From an uncultured Actinomycetes bacterium (lineage in GTDB: Bacteria; Actinomycetota; UBA4738; HRBIN12): DNA of 64,000 nucleotides. Both the position numbers and the translations under genes were made by a program. Every line of letters begins with the position of its first letter. Position 1 is the first letter of the stretch. Location: positions 30,037 to 94,036 of the forward strand of contig CAWBAK010000004.1 of NCBI GenBank assembly GCA_963786805.1, written 5' to 3'. Shown in pieces: positions 10,130 to 19,808 of this stretch. The notes under the pieces were generated by a model that was not told where the DNA came from, did not search any database, and was given only the letters and a program-made list of their open reading frames with translations.

Positions 10130-10156
10130 TTAGCAGTCTACCCCGGAGAGTGCTAG
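10130..10156. promoter_or_regulatory. CIRCE operator (HrcA binding site)
   Basis: TTAGCAGTC-N9-GAGTGCTAG versus consensus TTAGCACTC-N9-GAGTGCTAA. Begins 6 nt upstream of the hrcA ATG. Confidence 0.8.
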
Positions 10157-10194
10157 CAACCGCGTGCCCGCGCGACCTCGGATCCAGTCGCCGC

Positions 10195-10225
10195 TGACAA
10201 CCGATCGGGACGCTCGGGCGTCCTA
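10195..10225 (+). promoter_or_regulatory. Candidate ECF-type promoter (AAC-N17-CGTCC)
   Basis: tgacAACc-N17-CGTCCta ends about 9 nt before the sigma-factor ATG at 10234. The same CGTCC -10-like element occurs upstream of the second ECF sigma gene. Confidence 0.3.
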
Positions 10226-10233
10226 CCCTTCGG

Positions 10234-10749
10234 ATGACGATGCGGGTTGACGAGATCGCGATCCGGGAGTTCCTCCACACGAGGTATCCGAGGCTGGTCG
10301 CCGCGGTCGCCCTCGTGTGCGGGAGCCGGCCCGCCGCCGAGGACGCCGTGCAAGAAGCGCTCCTGCGCGCTTGGGAGCGCTCGGAGAAGGGCGAAGAGAT
10401 CGAGTCCTTGAACGCGTGGGCCACGACCGTGTCGTTGAACGTCGCGAGGAGCGGTCTGCGACGACTGATGGCCGAGCGGCGAGCGCGGTCGCGCCTCGGA
10501 CGCGACTTCGTTCCCGAAACGTCGGGCGATCGGATCGACGTCGAGCGCGCGCTCGCAGCGCTCCCGCGCCGCCAGCGGGAAGCCGTCGTCCTTCGTTACT
10601 ACCTGCAGATGGACACCCGCGAGGTCGCCGAGGCCCTCGGCGTCCACGAGGGGACCGTGAAGAGCACCCTGTCCCGGGCGCGGGCGGCACTTGCCGACGC
10701 GCTCGGCGAGACCGATACCGAGGAGGCGAACGACCGTGGCACTCGATGA
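10234..10749 (+). CDS. ECF RNA polymerase sigma factor
   Basis: 171 aa. Region 2 (AEDAVQEALLRAW) and region 4 (LPRRQREAVVLRYYLQMDTREVAEALGVHEGTVKSTLSRAR) are typical of sigma-70 ECF proteins. Confidence 0.85.
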   Translation: MTMRVDEIAIREFLHTRYPRLVAAVALVCGSRPAAEDAVQEALLRAWERSEKGEEIESLNAWATTVSLNVARSGLRRLMAERRARSRLGRDFVPETSGDRIDVERALAALPRRQREAVVLRYYLQMDTREVAEALGVHEGTVKSTLSRARAALADALGETDTEEANDRGTR

Positions 10750-12568
10750 GCGCCTGCGCCACGAGCTCGACCAGGCGGCGCAGCCCGCCGACCCGAGCGG
10801 GATCTACGAGCACCTGATCCGTCGTCGAGAGCGGCGCCAGATCGGGCGCAAGGTGGGGAGGGGCGTCCTCGCGGTTGCGGTCGTCGTCGGCAGCATCGCC
10901 GGTGTCTACGGTCTGTCGCAGGTCTTCGAATCGGGCGAAGGAACCCCCGGTGTCGATCCTTCTCCCGTCCCGATCACGCCCCATGAGAACGGGCGGATCG
11001 CGTTCTCGTTCTCGGCGGGCCAGGGCTTTGAACTCCGCACCGTCATGCCGGACGGATCCCAGGAAGAGGTCATCCCGACGCCGCCGGGGATGCCCTGGCT
11101 CCACGCGTGGTCTCCGGACGGGACGAGGATCGCCGTCTCGATCTTCCCGAACGGCGATGGCGATCGTGCCATCTGGGTGATGAACGCCGATGGGTCGGAA
11201 CCTGTGCGGGTGGCCGCGGCCGAGAATGTGAGCGTGCCCTCGTGGTCTCCGGACGGGACCACGATCGCGTACACCGCCAGGGTCGAGGGCCGGACCGAGA
11301 TCCATCTCGTTTCAGCGGACGGGACGAACGATCGCATCGTGCACGCCGAGGGCGCTGAGGGAACCTTCGCGGTGTTTTCGGCGAAGTTCTCCCCCGACGG
11401 CACGGAGATCCTGTTCGACCGGGGAACCGACTCAGGCTTCGACATCTTCATCATGGAGGTGGACGGGACCGGCGTGCGGCCACTCACGAACACTGGGACC
11501 GACTACGACCCGCATTGGTCGCCCGACGGAACCCAGATCGCCTTCACGCGACAGGAGACCGTCGAGGTCGACGGCCAGTCGAGAGCGACTTCAGACATCT
11601 TCGTCATGAACGCGGACGGGACCGACGTTCGACGGCTCACCGAGGGCGGCTCGGACGCGACGAACCTCTACGCGGAATGGTCTCCGGATGCCACGAAGAT
11701 CGCCTACCTCGCCGGCATCACCGGCGGGCCGGGCTCGCTCGTCGTGATGAACGCCGACGGCTCCGACCCGACCGTGCTCGCGAAGGGCGAGGTCCTCGGG
11801 ATCTCCTGGCAGCCGCTGCCGACCACGGACGATCCGGTCGAGCCATCGCCGACACCGAGTGCGCCGCCGCGCGATGTCGGCGAGGACATCGGGCTCGGCT
11901 TCCCCGTCTGCTTCAGCGAACGGCTCGGAGGGATCGACTATCTGGGAGATGGCACGAACGGCGCCGCGTGGACCGCCGTGCCGGCGAAGGAGGACGGGAC
12001 CTGCCCGAGGTATCCGGACCCGGAACGGTTCATCGTCGCGGCCGATCACACGGGCGATCGAGTAGCGGACACTTGGGTCGAGTTCGACTATGGCTGCTAC
12101 AACGGCTGCGCACCGTGGGACGCGACCGACCTGGACGCCAACGGCACCGAAGAGCTGATCGTCGCGACCTATTTCTCGATCATGGACTACCACTTCTTCG
12201 CGGCTCGGCCTGGTCCGAACGGCGATCTCCGGTTGGAGCCCATCCTCGTCGCCGATCCGGGTCATGAGCCGGCGGGGATCGTCGCCGGTCAGGCGCTGCG
12301 GATCGACGCGGGCGGCGACGCCGGATACGGGAGCGCGATCGAGTGCGAGGGATACCCGGCCGCGCCCGTGATCGTTTGGTCGTGGATCTATGCGGAGGTC
12401 GAGTCCGATCAACCCGCAGAAGTCCATGTAACCCGGATCGAGCTTCAGGCCGACGGCTTGTTCCACGTGATCGACACGAACGACTCCACGGTTCCGGCGG
12501 GCGAGCCGTTCGGCATCCCCTCCCAGACCGAGCTCGGACTGGCGTGCGGCGTCGACTGGTACCTGTAA
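10736..12568 (+). CDS. Putative anti-sigma membrane protein with TolB-like PD40 beta-propeller and an uncharacterised C-terminal domain
   Basis: Overlaps the sigma stop (GTG 10736; alternative TTG 10691). Short cytoplasmic N-terminus, one TM (VLAVAVVVGSIAGVYGL). Five W/FSPDG(T) repeats. About 220 aa of Cys-containing C-terminal region with no motif I recognise. Confidence 0.7.
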   Translation: MALDERLRHELDQAAQPADPSGIYEHLIRRRERRQIGRKVGRGVLAVAVVVGSIAGVYGLSQVFESGEGTPGVDPSPVPITPHENGRIAFSFSAGQGFELRTVMPDGSQEEVIPTPPGMPWLHAWSPDGTRIAVSIFPNGDGDRAIWVMNADGSEPVRVAAAENVSVPSWSPDGTTIAYTARVEGRTEIHLVSADGTNDRIVHAEGAEGTFAVFSAKFSPDGTEILFDRGTDSGFDIFIMEVDGTGVRPLTNTGTDYDPHWSPDGTQIAFTRQETVEVDGQSRATSDIFVMNADGTDVRRLTEGGSDATNLYAEWSPDATKIAYLAGITGGPGSLVVMNADGSDPTVLAKGEVLGISWQPLPTTDDPVEPSPTPSAPPRDVGEDIGLGFPVCFSERLGGIDYLGDGTNGAAWTAVPAKEDGTCPRYPDPERFIVAADHTGDRVADTWVEFDYGCYNGCAPWDATDLDANGTEELIVATYFSIMDYHFFAARPGPNGDLRLEPILVADPGHEPAGIVAGQALRIDAGGDAGYGSAIECEGYPAAPVIVWSWIYAEVESDQPAEVHVTRIELQADGLFHVIDTNDSTVPAGEPFGIPSQTELGLACGVDWYL

Positions 12569-12572
12569 CGCA

Positions 12573-13674
12573 CTAGCCCGTGATCGCGAGGACGAGCTCG
12601 TTGAGCAGAAGCATGCCGCGTTCGGTCGGGATGAGCGAACCATCGTCCTCGCGCAGCAGGCCGGACTCGAGGAACGGCGCGGCCTTCTCCGGCTCGACCC
12701 ACGATAACGGCACCCCCTCGAGGATCCGCAGACGGAGGAAGACCTCCTCGAGGTAGGCGTCCGACGGCTCGAGTCGCTCCTCGCCGCCGACCGGCAGACG
12801 CCCCGACTCGACCATCGTCAGGTACTCCTCGGGCGGACGCACGTTCCACCAACGGTGCTCGTCCCGGTACGAGTGCGCGCCAGCGCCGAGGCCGAGGTAC
12901 GGCCGGCGTTCCCAGTACCCGAGGTTGTGAACGCACGCGAACCCGGGCTTGGCCCAGTTCGAGACCTCGTAGTGGTGGTAGCCGGCCTCGCCGAGCAGCG
13001 TGCACGCGAGCTCGAACATGTCGGCCTGCAGGTCCGGATCGGGCGGCGGCACCGCGCCGTGCTGCACTTTGCGGCCCAGCGGCGTCGACGGCTCGATCGT
13101 CAGCGCGTACGCGCTGACGTGCTCGGGCCCGAGGTCGATCGTCTCGCGCAGCGTCGCGTCCCACGACTCGAGCTCCTCACCATCCGCGCCGTAGATCAGG
13201 TCGAGGTTCACGTTCGCGTAGCCGGCCGCGCGAGCATCGCGCATCGCTCGTCGGACGGACTCCGGGTCGTGCAAACGCTCGAGCGACGCGAGCACCGCTC
13301 GGTCGAACGACTGCGCGCCCATCGAGAGCCGCGTGTAGCCCGCTTCGAGCAGCCCGGCGAGCTTCGGGCGATCGACGGTGTCGGGGTTCGCCTCGATCGT
13401 GACCTCGGCATCGGAGGTCATCGCGAATCGATCGCGCAACCTGGCGAGCAGGGCCTTCAGGTCGGCGACCTCGAGCGTGGTCGGCGTTCCGCCGCCGAGG
13501 AACACGCTCACGACCTCTTCCTCCGCCCATCCCGGCGCGGCGAGCTCGGCCTCTCGCGAGCAGCGCCGCGACATACCTCGAGGCCAGGTGATCGAGTCCC
13601 GCGTACGCGTTGAAGTCGCAGTAGCCGCATCGCGTCAGGCAGAAGGGCACGTGGACGTACACGCCCGCCGTCAC
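12573..13674 (-). CDS. hemW: Radical SAM heme chaperone HemW / HemN-like, interrupted by a 1-nt frameshift near 13553-13560
   Basis: N-terminus [24 protein letters not shown] (CxxxCxxC) in ORF 13177..13674. Remainder (FLGGGTPT...) in ORF 12573..13574. Removing one base in ctgctc[g]cgagag joins ...[19 protein letters not shown] start overlaps the lepA stop. Confidence 0.8.
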
Positions 13675-15494
13675 GACTTCGTCCCCGCCTTCGACGAGTT
13701 GTCCACGCGCAACGCCGCGATGAACGCTTCCTGCGGGACGTCGACACGACCCACCCTGCGCAGCCGCGCCTTGCCCTTCTTCTGTTCCTCGAGGAGCTTG
13801 CGCTTACGCGTGATGTCGCCGCCGTAGCACTTGGCGAGGACGTCTTTGCGCTTGGCCTTCACGGTCTCGCGCGCGACGATCCGCGATCCGATCGAGGCCT
13901 GGATCGCGACGTCGAACATCTGCCTGGGGATCAGCTCCTTGAGGCGCTCGACCATCTGTCGTCCGTACACCGGGGCCTTCGCCCGGTGGACGACGCTGCT
14001 GAAGGCGTCGACCGGTTCGCCGTGCAGGAGCACATCCACGCGGACCAGGTCGCTCGGCTCGTAGCCCAGGGGTTCGTAGTCGAGCGAGGCATAGCCTCTG
14101 GTGCGCGACTTCAGCTGGTCGAAGAAGTCGAAGATGATCTCGGCGAGCGGGAGCTTGTAATGGACCTCGGCTCGCTCGGGCGAGAGGTAGCTCATGTCGA
14201 TCAGCTCACCACGGCGCGACTGGCACAGCTCGAAGATCGGGCCGAGGTACTCGCTCGGCGTGATGACCGTGGCGAGGACCATCGGCTCCTCGACGCGGTC
14301 GTAGGTGCCGGGCTGCGGCATCTCGCTCGGGTTGTGGACGACGATCGTCTCGTCGCCGCGGATCACGTGGAACTCAACGTTCGGCGCCGTCGCGATCAGC
14401 TCGAGGCCGAACTCGCGCTCGAGTCGCTCCTTCACGATGTCCATGTGCAGCAGGCCGAGGAACCCGCACCGGAACCCGAACCCGAGCGCCAGCGAGGTCT
14501 CCGGCTCGAACGCGAGCGCCGCGTCGTTCAGCTTCAACCGGTCGAGCGCCTCACGGAGCTCCGAGTAGTCGCCCCCCTCGGCGGGATAGAGCCCGCTCCA
14601 GACCATCGGCAACGGTTCGCGGTAGCCCGGCAACGGCTCGACCGCGTGGTTCTTGCCCGCCAGCGTGATCGTGTCGCCGACCGTCACCTGGTGCACGTCC
14701 TTCAACCCCGTGACGAGGTAGCCGACCTCTCCGGCCTCGAGCTTCGGAACCGGCGTGGCCTCGGGCGCGAAGACTCCCGCCTCCTCGGCCTCGGACTCCT
14801 GGCCGGTCGCCATGTACCGCACCTTCGCGCTCGAGGGCAGCACGCCGTCGAACACACGGACATAGGCGATAACTCCGCGGTACGCATCGAAGCTCGAGTC
14901 GAAGATCAACGATCGGAGCGGAGCGTTGCGATCGCCCGACGGCTGAGGGACGACCGCGATGACGCGCTCGAGCAGCTCGGTCACGCCTTCGCCGGTCTTC
15001 CCGCTCACCGCGAGCACGTCCTCGGGCTCGCACCCGACGAGCGCGGCGAGCTCGCGCCGCGTCTCCTCGACGTCGGCATTCGGCAGGTCGATCTTGTTGA
15101 TCGCCGGCACGATCGTGAGCCCCGCGTCCCGCGCGAGGTGGAAGTTCGCGAGTGTCTGCGCCTCGATCCCCTGCGCCGCATCCACGAGGAGCACCGCGCC
15201 CTCGCACGCCGCGAGCGAGCGGGAGACCTCGTAGGTGAAGTCGACGTGCCCCGGCGTGTCGATCAGGTTCAGCTGGTGCTCGGCGCCACCCGAGACGTAC
15301 GTCAGCCGCACCGCCTGAGCCTTGATCGTGATCCCGCGCTCGCGCTCCAGGTCCATCTTGTCCAGGTACTGCTCGCGCATGTCGCGGTCGGCGACGGCAT
15401 GCGTGAGCTCGAGCAGGCGGTCGGCGAGCGTCGATTTCCCGTGGTCGATGTGCGCCACGATGCAGAAGTTGCGGATACGGCTCGGGTCGGTCAC
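13671..15494 (-). CDS. lepA: Elongation factor 4 (LepA)
   Basis: 607 aa, [10 protein letters not shown]1 motif. Full LepA-like sequence including the LepA C-terminal domain. Confidence 0.95.
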   Translation of the reverse strand: MTDPSRIRNFCIVAHIDHGKSTLADRLLELTHAVADRDMREQYLDKMDLERERGITIKAQAVRLTYVSGGAEHQLNLIDTPGHVDFTYEVSRSLAACEGAVLLVDAAQGIEAQTLANFHLARDAGLTIVPAINKIDLPNADVEETRRELAALVGCEPEDVLAVSGKTGEGVTELLERVIAVVPQPSGDRNAPLRSLIFDSSFDAYRGVIAYVRVFDGVLPSSAKVRYMATGQESEAEEAGVFAPEATPVPKLEAGEVGYLVTGLKDVHQVTVGDTITLAGKNHAVEPLPGYREPLPMVWSGLYPAEGGDYSELREALDRLKLNDAALAFEPETSLALGFGFRCGFLGLLHMDIVKERLEREFGLELIATAPNVEFHVIRGDETIVVHNPSEMPQPGTYDRVEEPMVLATVITPSEYLGPIFELCQSRRGELIDMSYLSPERAEVHYKLPLAEIIFDFFDQLKSRTRGYASLDYEPLGYEPSDLVRVDVLLHGEPVDAFSSVVHRAKAPVYGRQMVERLKELIPRQMFDVAIQASIGSRIVARETVKAKRKDVLAKCYGGDITRKRKLLEEQKKGKARLRRVGRVDVPQEAFIAALRVDNSSKAGTKS

Positions 15495-15548
15495 CGCGTC
15501 ATCGTACGAGCCCCGGAGGGCTCAACCGCGACGAGCCCCGATGTGCGT

Positions 15549-16052
15549 CTAGCGAGGCAAGCTTCCCAAGATGTTGCCGATCGGACCCAGGAAGAAGCCG
15601 GCCACGGTGAGGCCGACATTGCCCCAGCCGATCCAGGTTCCCAGGGTGGCAAGCGTCAGCCCGCTCATGTGCCCGGTCTCTGCCATCCGCTGGGTGGCAC
15701 GGCGGGCGAGGAGCAGGCCCCAGATCCCAGTCACCATCACCGCCACGCCGAGGAGCAACACCATCTGGGCGAGTACAGGACTCCGAAACATCGTCGGCAA
15801 CAGGAAGCGGGTCACGAGCGTGGCGACGCCGATGACCACGGAAGCCGCGGCATCGGTGCGAGCGCGGGTTCCAGCGCGATCGTCCCAGCGTCCCTGCCAG
15901 TTGGGAGGTTGCGCCCACGCCGGCTGAGGAGTCTCGACCGGTCTGCTGGACGAATCGGGTGGGCCCAGGAGGCTCGTGTCGCAGTGGGAGCAGAAGATCG
16001 ATCCCTGTCGGAGCTCCGCCCCACAGCGCGGACACGGGAACCGCACGTCCAT
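15549..16052 (-). CDS. Zinc-ribbon membrane protein (hypothetical)
   Basis: Starts [25 protein letters not shown] (CxxC...CxxC), Pro-rich linker, then about three hydrophobic helices. The upstream part of ORF 15549..16382 looks non-coding. Confidence 0.55.
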   Translation of the reverse strand: MDVRFPCPRCGAELRQGSIFCSHCDTSLLGPPDSSSRPVETPQPAWAQPPNWQGRWDDRAGTRARTDAAASVVIGVATLVTRFLLPTMFRSPVLAQMVLLLGVAVMVTGIWGLLLARRATQRMAETGHMSGLTLATLGTWIGWGNVGLTVAGFFLGPIGNILGSLPR

Positions 16053-16160
16053 CGATGGCTGCCCCACGACAGTGGTATCGGCACCCTCCCAGACGGGTTG
16101 AGAAGAGGGGATGGTCCGTGCGGAAGCACGGGTCGCGCGGCCGGGCGAGCGCAAAGCCGC

Positions 16161-16178
16161 TGGTACACTCGGTCGTCC
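16161..16178 (+). promoter_or_regulatory. Candidate extended -10 promoter (TGgTACACT) for a near-leaderless rpsT
   Basis: TGG-TACACT (TGn-TANNNT) ends 9 nt before the rpsT ATG. No Shine-Dalgarno sequence in between. Confidence 0.3.
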
Positions 16179-16454
16179 ATGGCCAACATCAAGTCTCAGA
16201 TCAAGCGGAACCGTCAGAACGAGAAGCACCGTGAGCGGAACAAGGACGTGCGCACGTCGCTCAAGACGGCATCCAAGAAGGTTCGAACGGCCGCCGCTGG
16301 GGGCGACGCGGAGACCGCGCGGTCGCAGGGTCGGGACGCCTCGCGTGCCTACGACAAGGCCGTGGCCAAGGGCATCGTCCACAAACGGACCGCGGCCCGG
16401 AACAAGTCGCGCCTCGCCAAAGCCGCCAACCGCGCCGCCGCCTCGGGCGGGTAA
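16179..16454 (+). CDS. rpsT: 30S ribosomal protein S20
   Basis: [22 protein letters not shown]... 91 aa, at the end of the long spurious ORF 13986..16454. Confidence 0.9.
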   Translation: MANIKSQIKRNRQNEKHRERNKDVRTSLKTASKKVRTAAAGGDAETARSQGRDASRAYDKAVAKGIVHKRTAARNKSRLAKAANRAAASGG

Positions 16455-16467
16455 CTCCGCCGAGCCG

Positions 16468-17406
16468 TCAGACCGGGACCGCGGCGGGATCTCCCGCGAT
16501 CGCGGTGACCACCATCGGGAGCACGATGTCGTCGGTCGCGCCCGACTTCAACGCCCGATCGGCCCACACGATCCGCTCGTGCACGTCGGCGAGCTCCTCG
16601 AGCGTGTAGCGCTTCGCCAGGTCGCGGTAGCGACGAGCCTGCCACTCGAAGCGCAGACCGGCCTGCTTCGCGAGCTCACCGGGCGGCATCCGCTCGGGCA
16701 GCGAGCGGACGCGGATCAGGTCGCGCAGCCGTGAGGCGAGACCGCCGAGGATCATCAGCCCCTCGCCCCGCGCCTCCATGAGCGTGCGCAGCGATCGCAT
16801 CGCGCCCGGAAGGTCGCGTCCGAACGCCCGGTCGCAGAGGTCCCAGATGTGCTGCTCGCCGAGGCCCCGGAACTGCCGGCCGACGAGCTCGGCGGTGATG
16901 CGTTCGCCGGGGAAGGCCGACGCGAGCTGTTCGAGCGCCTGCTCGAGCGCCGCCGGGTCTTCGCCGAGCGTGTCGACGAGCGCGACTGCCCCCTCCGGCG
17001 CGAGGTTGAGCTCTTTGACGCGAGCCCGCTGCGCCAACCAGCCCGGGAGTTCCTTGCGCTGGACCTTCACCTCCACGACCGAGCCCACACCGTCGAAGAG
17101 CTTCGCGAGCGCGGCGGGCGCCTTCGCTCGCTCCCCCACCGTCACCGTGACGATGAGCGGCGCGTCGGGGTCGGGCGCCTCCAGGTAGCGCTTCAGCTCG
17201 GCGACGGCGTCATCGGGAAGCGCCTTCGCGTTCGAGACCATGAGGGCGCGCCGTTCGCCGAACAGCGACGGTGTCATGAGGTCGGCGGTCTCGCCGCCTT
17301 CCCATTCGGCGCCGTCGACCTCGCGCGGTCGGAGGTTGCCAAGGATCTCGAGCGCGGCCTCGCGGAGCAGGAACTCGTCCTGTCCCCAGAGCAGGTGGAC
17401 GGGCAT
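16468..17406 (-). CDS. holA: DNA polymerase III subunit delta
   Basis: 312 aa from MPVHLLWGQDEFLL. HolA-like length, and in the position downstream of comEC. Confidence 0.75.
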   Translation of the reverse strand: MPVHLLWGQDEFLLREAALEILGNLRPREVDGAEWEGGETADLMTPSLFGERRALMVSNAKALPDDAVAELKRYLEAPDPDAPLIVTVTVGERAKAPAALAKLFDGVGSVVEVKVQRKELPGWLAQRARVKELNLAPEGAVALVDTLGEDPAALEQALEQLASAFPGERITAELVGRQFRGLGEQHIWDLCDRAFGRDLPGAMRSLRTLMEARGEGLMILGGLASRLRDLIRVRSLPERMPPGELAKQAGLRFEWQARRYRDLAKRYTLEELADVHERIVWADRALKSGATDDIVLPMVVTAIAGDPAAVPV

Positions 17407-17423
17407 CCGCGCGGCCTTCGGCG

Positions 17424-19808
17424 TCACGCGCCGGACTCTACAAGGACACCCCGATCCCCGAACGCCACGGCCACCTCGCCGTCGCGATCGGTGCGGAAGA
17501 CCTCGGCGCCGGTCGCGGCGATCCAGGCGAGCACCTCGGGAACGGGATGGCCGTACGTGTTCGGCCCGACGCTGACGACTGCAACCTCCGGGTCGACCGC
17601 CTGGAAGAACGACTCGATCGACGTCGCACCGCCGTGATGCGGGACCTTCAGGACGTCGGCCGAGAGATCGATGCCCGCGTCGAGCATGACCTGTTGCGCC
17701 GGCTCCTCGGGCTCGGTGGCGAACAGGATGGAGTCCTCGCCGATGCTCGCGCGCAGGACGATCGCGTCGTTGTTGGTGTCGGACTCGGTACCGGTCCAGC
17801 ACCGGTCCGGCGAGAGCACCTCGAACCGCACGTCGCCGACCACGAGGACGTCCCCGGCACGAGGGTGGCGGACCGGCACGCCCTCTGCCTCGACGGCTTC
17901 GGCCAACGCGAGGGCGTCCGGCGAATCCGCAGGACAGCCCGGCTCGAGCAACAAGCCGACCGGGATGCGCGACAGCACCGCCGGGAGCCCGATCACGTGG
18001 TCGGCGTGCGGATGGCTCGCGACCACGACGTCGAGCCGCTTCACCCCCAGCGCGACGAGCTCGGTCGCGACCTGGGCCTGATCGGGTCCGCCGTCGACGA
18101 GGACCGAGACGCCCGCGGGCGACGTGAGGAGCGCCGCGTCCCCCTGCCCGACGTCGAAGAACCGAACGGTGAGGCTCGACGGCGGACCCGAGGAGAGCGC
18201 GATGGACCAGATCACGAGCGGGGCGAGGAGCGAGCCCGCGATCAGGACCGGCCGCGGAGCTCCGCGACCCGAACGGATCCACCATGCGAGCGCGACGACG
18301 ACGAGCGACCCGACGACGAGCGTCGCGATCCCACGTCCCGTGATCCACGGCACCGGCGCTCTCGCCGCCTGGTCGGCGACGCCCTCCAGGTATCGCATCG
18401 GGACGAGCGCGAGCGCGGCGACGAACCGGCCGACGCCGGGTGCTACGAGCCCGGCCCCCGCGGCCGTGAGCCCGAGGAGCATGGCGGGCGCGACGGCCGG
18501 GAACGCGATGACGTTCGCCACCAGCGTCGCGAGCGGGACCTCGTGGAAGTGGTACAGCAGCGCGGGCGTGACGCCGAGTTGCGCGGCAACCGTCGCACCG
18601 GCGGCGAGCGCGACCGGTCTGGGCAGGAAGCGCACCCGGTCGGCGACCGGCGTCGCGAGCGCCACCATCCCCGCGGTCGCGGCGACCGAGAGCTGGAACC
18701 CCACCTGCCAGACGAGTGACGGATCCAACACGAGCAGCACGAAGACGGAGGCGGCAAGGATCGATGCGGCGCTCCGCGGCCGCCCGAGGAAGACGGCGAG
18801 CAAGGTGAGGCCGGCCATCGTGCCCGCGCGAAGGACCGACGGCTCCGCGCCGGTGAGCACCACGAAGAACACCACCGTGCCGAGCCCGAGCGCGAACCTC
18901 GGCCACCGCCCGAGCCCGAGCAGGGAGCCGAGCGCGAGGACGGGCGCGAGCACCATCGCCACGTTGCCACCGGACACGACGAGCAGGTGCGACAGCCCGC
19001 TCGCACGGAAGTCACGCTCGACCGCCGGATCGAGCAGTGAGTCGTCCCCGAGCGAGAGCCCGAGCAAGAGGCCCGCTTCGCGCGATGGGAAGAGCTCCCG
19101 GATCGATCCCCCGACCAGCCCGCGGAACGCCTGAGCCCATCGGATGATCGCGACGTCGGAGGGACCCAGCCGCTCGGCCTCGTCGACCTCGAGCTCCGCG
19201 GCGAGGCCTCGTTGGAGCAGGAACCCGCCGAAGTCCGGATCCTCGGGCACGGACAGCCGCCCCGTCACGCGGATGCGGTCGCCGCGGACCGCACGGAGCG
19301 GATCCTCTTCGCCGCTCAGCCAGACCGACTCGTGAACGGACAGCACGCCGTCGTTCGCGCGTACCAACCGGACGTCGGCGACCGCCGACCAGCGATCGGT
19401 CTTGACCGAGGGATCGGTTCGAAGCACGGCGTCGACCACAACCTGGGCCGGCGCGAGGCCTGCGAGCGCGGCGCCTTGGATCCGATGGGCGTGCGCGCTC
19501 CCCCAACCGATGCCGAGTGCGACCGTCCCGAGCATCGCGAGCAGCGGTGGGATCCAGATCGGAACGGTCCCTCGCACGAGCTCGGGCGGGGAGACCGCCT
19601 GCACCTCGGGCGCGATGACCGCCGGCGCGAGCGCCGCGAGCGGATCCGAGCGCTCGCCCCGGCCTGGGGTCATCAGCGCGGCCGACCCGACGGCCAGGGC
19701 AGCGCCGAGGAGCCAGACCGCGACCGGGGCACCGTCGCCGACCGAGGGTCGAGCGAGGAGTCCGAGCCACAGGCCGGTCGCGACGCCCGGAAGGAGCCAC
19801 CCGCTCAC
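17424..19808 (-). CDS. comEC: DNA internalisation competence protein ComEC/Rec2
   Basis: Polytopic membrane domain plus C-terminal metallo-beta-lactamase domain (FFDVGQGDA, SHPHADH). GTG start overlaps the comEA stop (GTGA). Confidence 0.85.
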   Translation of the reverse strand: MSGWLLPGVATGLWLGLLARPSVGDGAPVAVWLLGAALAVGSAALMTPGRGERSDPLAALAPAVIAPEVQAVSPPELVRGTVPIWIPPLLAMLGTVALGIGWGSAHAHRIQGAALAGLAPAQVVVDAVLRTDPSVKTDRWSAVADVRLVRANDGVLSVHESVWLSGEEDPLRAVRGDRIRVTGRLSVPEDPDFGGFLLQRGLAAELEVDEAERLGPSDVAIIRWAQAFRGLVGGSIRELFPSREAGLLLGLSLGDDSLLDPAVERDFRASGLSHLLVVSGGNVAMVLAPVLALGSLLGLGRWPRFALGLGTVVFFVVLTGAEPSVLRAGTMAGLTLLAVFLGRPRSAASILAASVFVLLVLDPSLVWQVGFQLSVAATAGMVALATPVADRVRFLPRPVALAAGATVAAQLGVTPALLYHFHEVPLATLVANVIAFPAVAPAMLLGLTAAGAGLVAPGVGRFVAALALVPMRYLEGVADQAARAPVPWITGRGIATLVVGSLVVVALAWWIRSGRGAPRPVLIAGSLLAPLVIWSIALSSGPPSSLTVRFFDVGQGDAALLTSPAGVSVLVDGGPDQAQVATELVALGVKRLDVVVASHPHADHVIGLPAVLSRIPVGLLLEPGCPADSPDALALAEAVEAEGVPVRHPRAGDVLVVGDVRFEVLSPDRCWTGTESDTNNDAIVLRASIGEDSILFATEPEEPAQQVMLDAGIDLSADVLKVPHHGGATSIESFFQAVDPEVAVVSVGPNTYGHPVPEVLAWIAATGAEVFRTDRDGEVAVAFGDRGVLVESGA

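Noticed and set aside
10691-10735. TTG start at 10691 for the TolB-like anti-sigma gene
   Set aside because: This start would overlap the sigma gene by 59 nt and add an Arg/Pro-rich peptide. The GTG at 10736 (VALDERLRHELD) gives a 14-nt overlap and is preferred, but neither start is verified.
16468-18906. 812-aa ORF extending holA upstream across comEC
   Set aside because: Only the last 312 codons (from MPVHLLWG at 17406) look like HolA. The upstream part is Arg/Gly/Pro-rich and overlaps the genuine comEC frame. The same applies to the N-terminal extensions of ORFs 53680..55722, 27974..29386, 9084..10424, 43173..44531 and 47688..48962.
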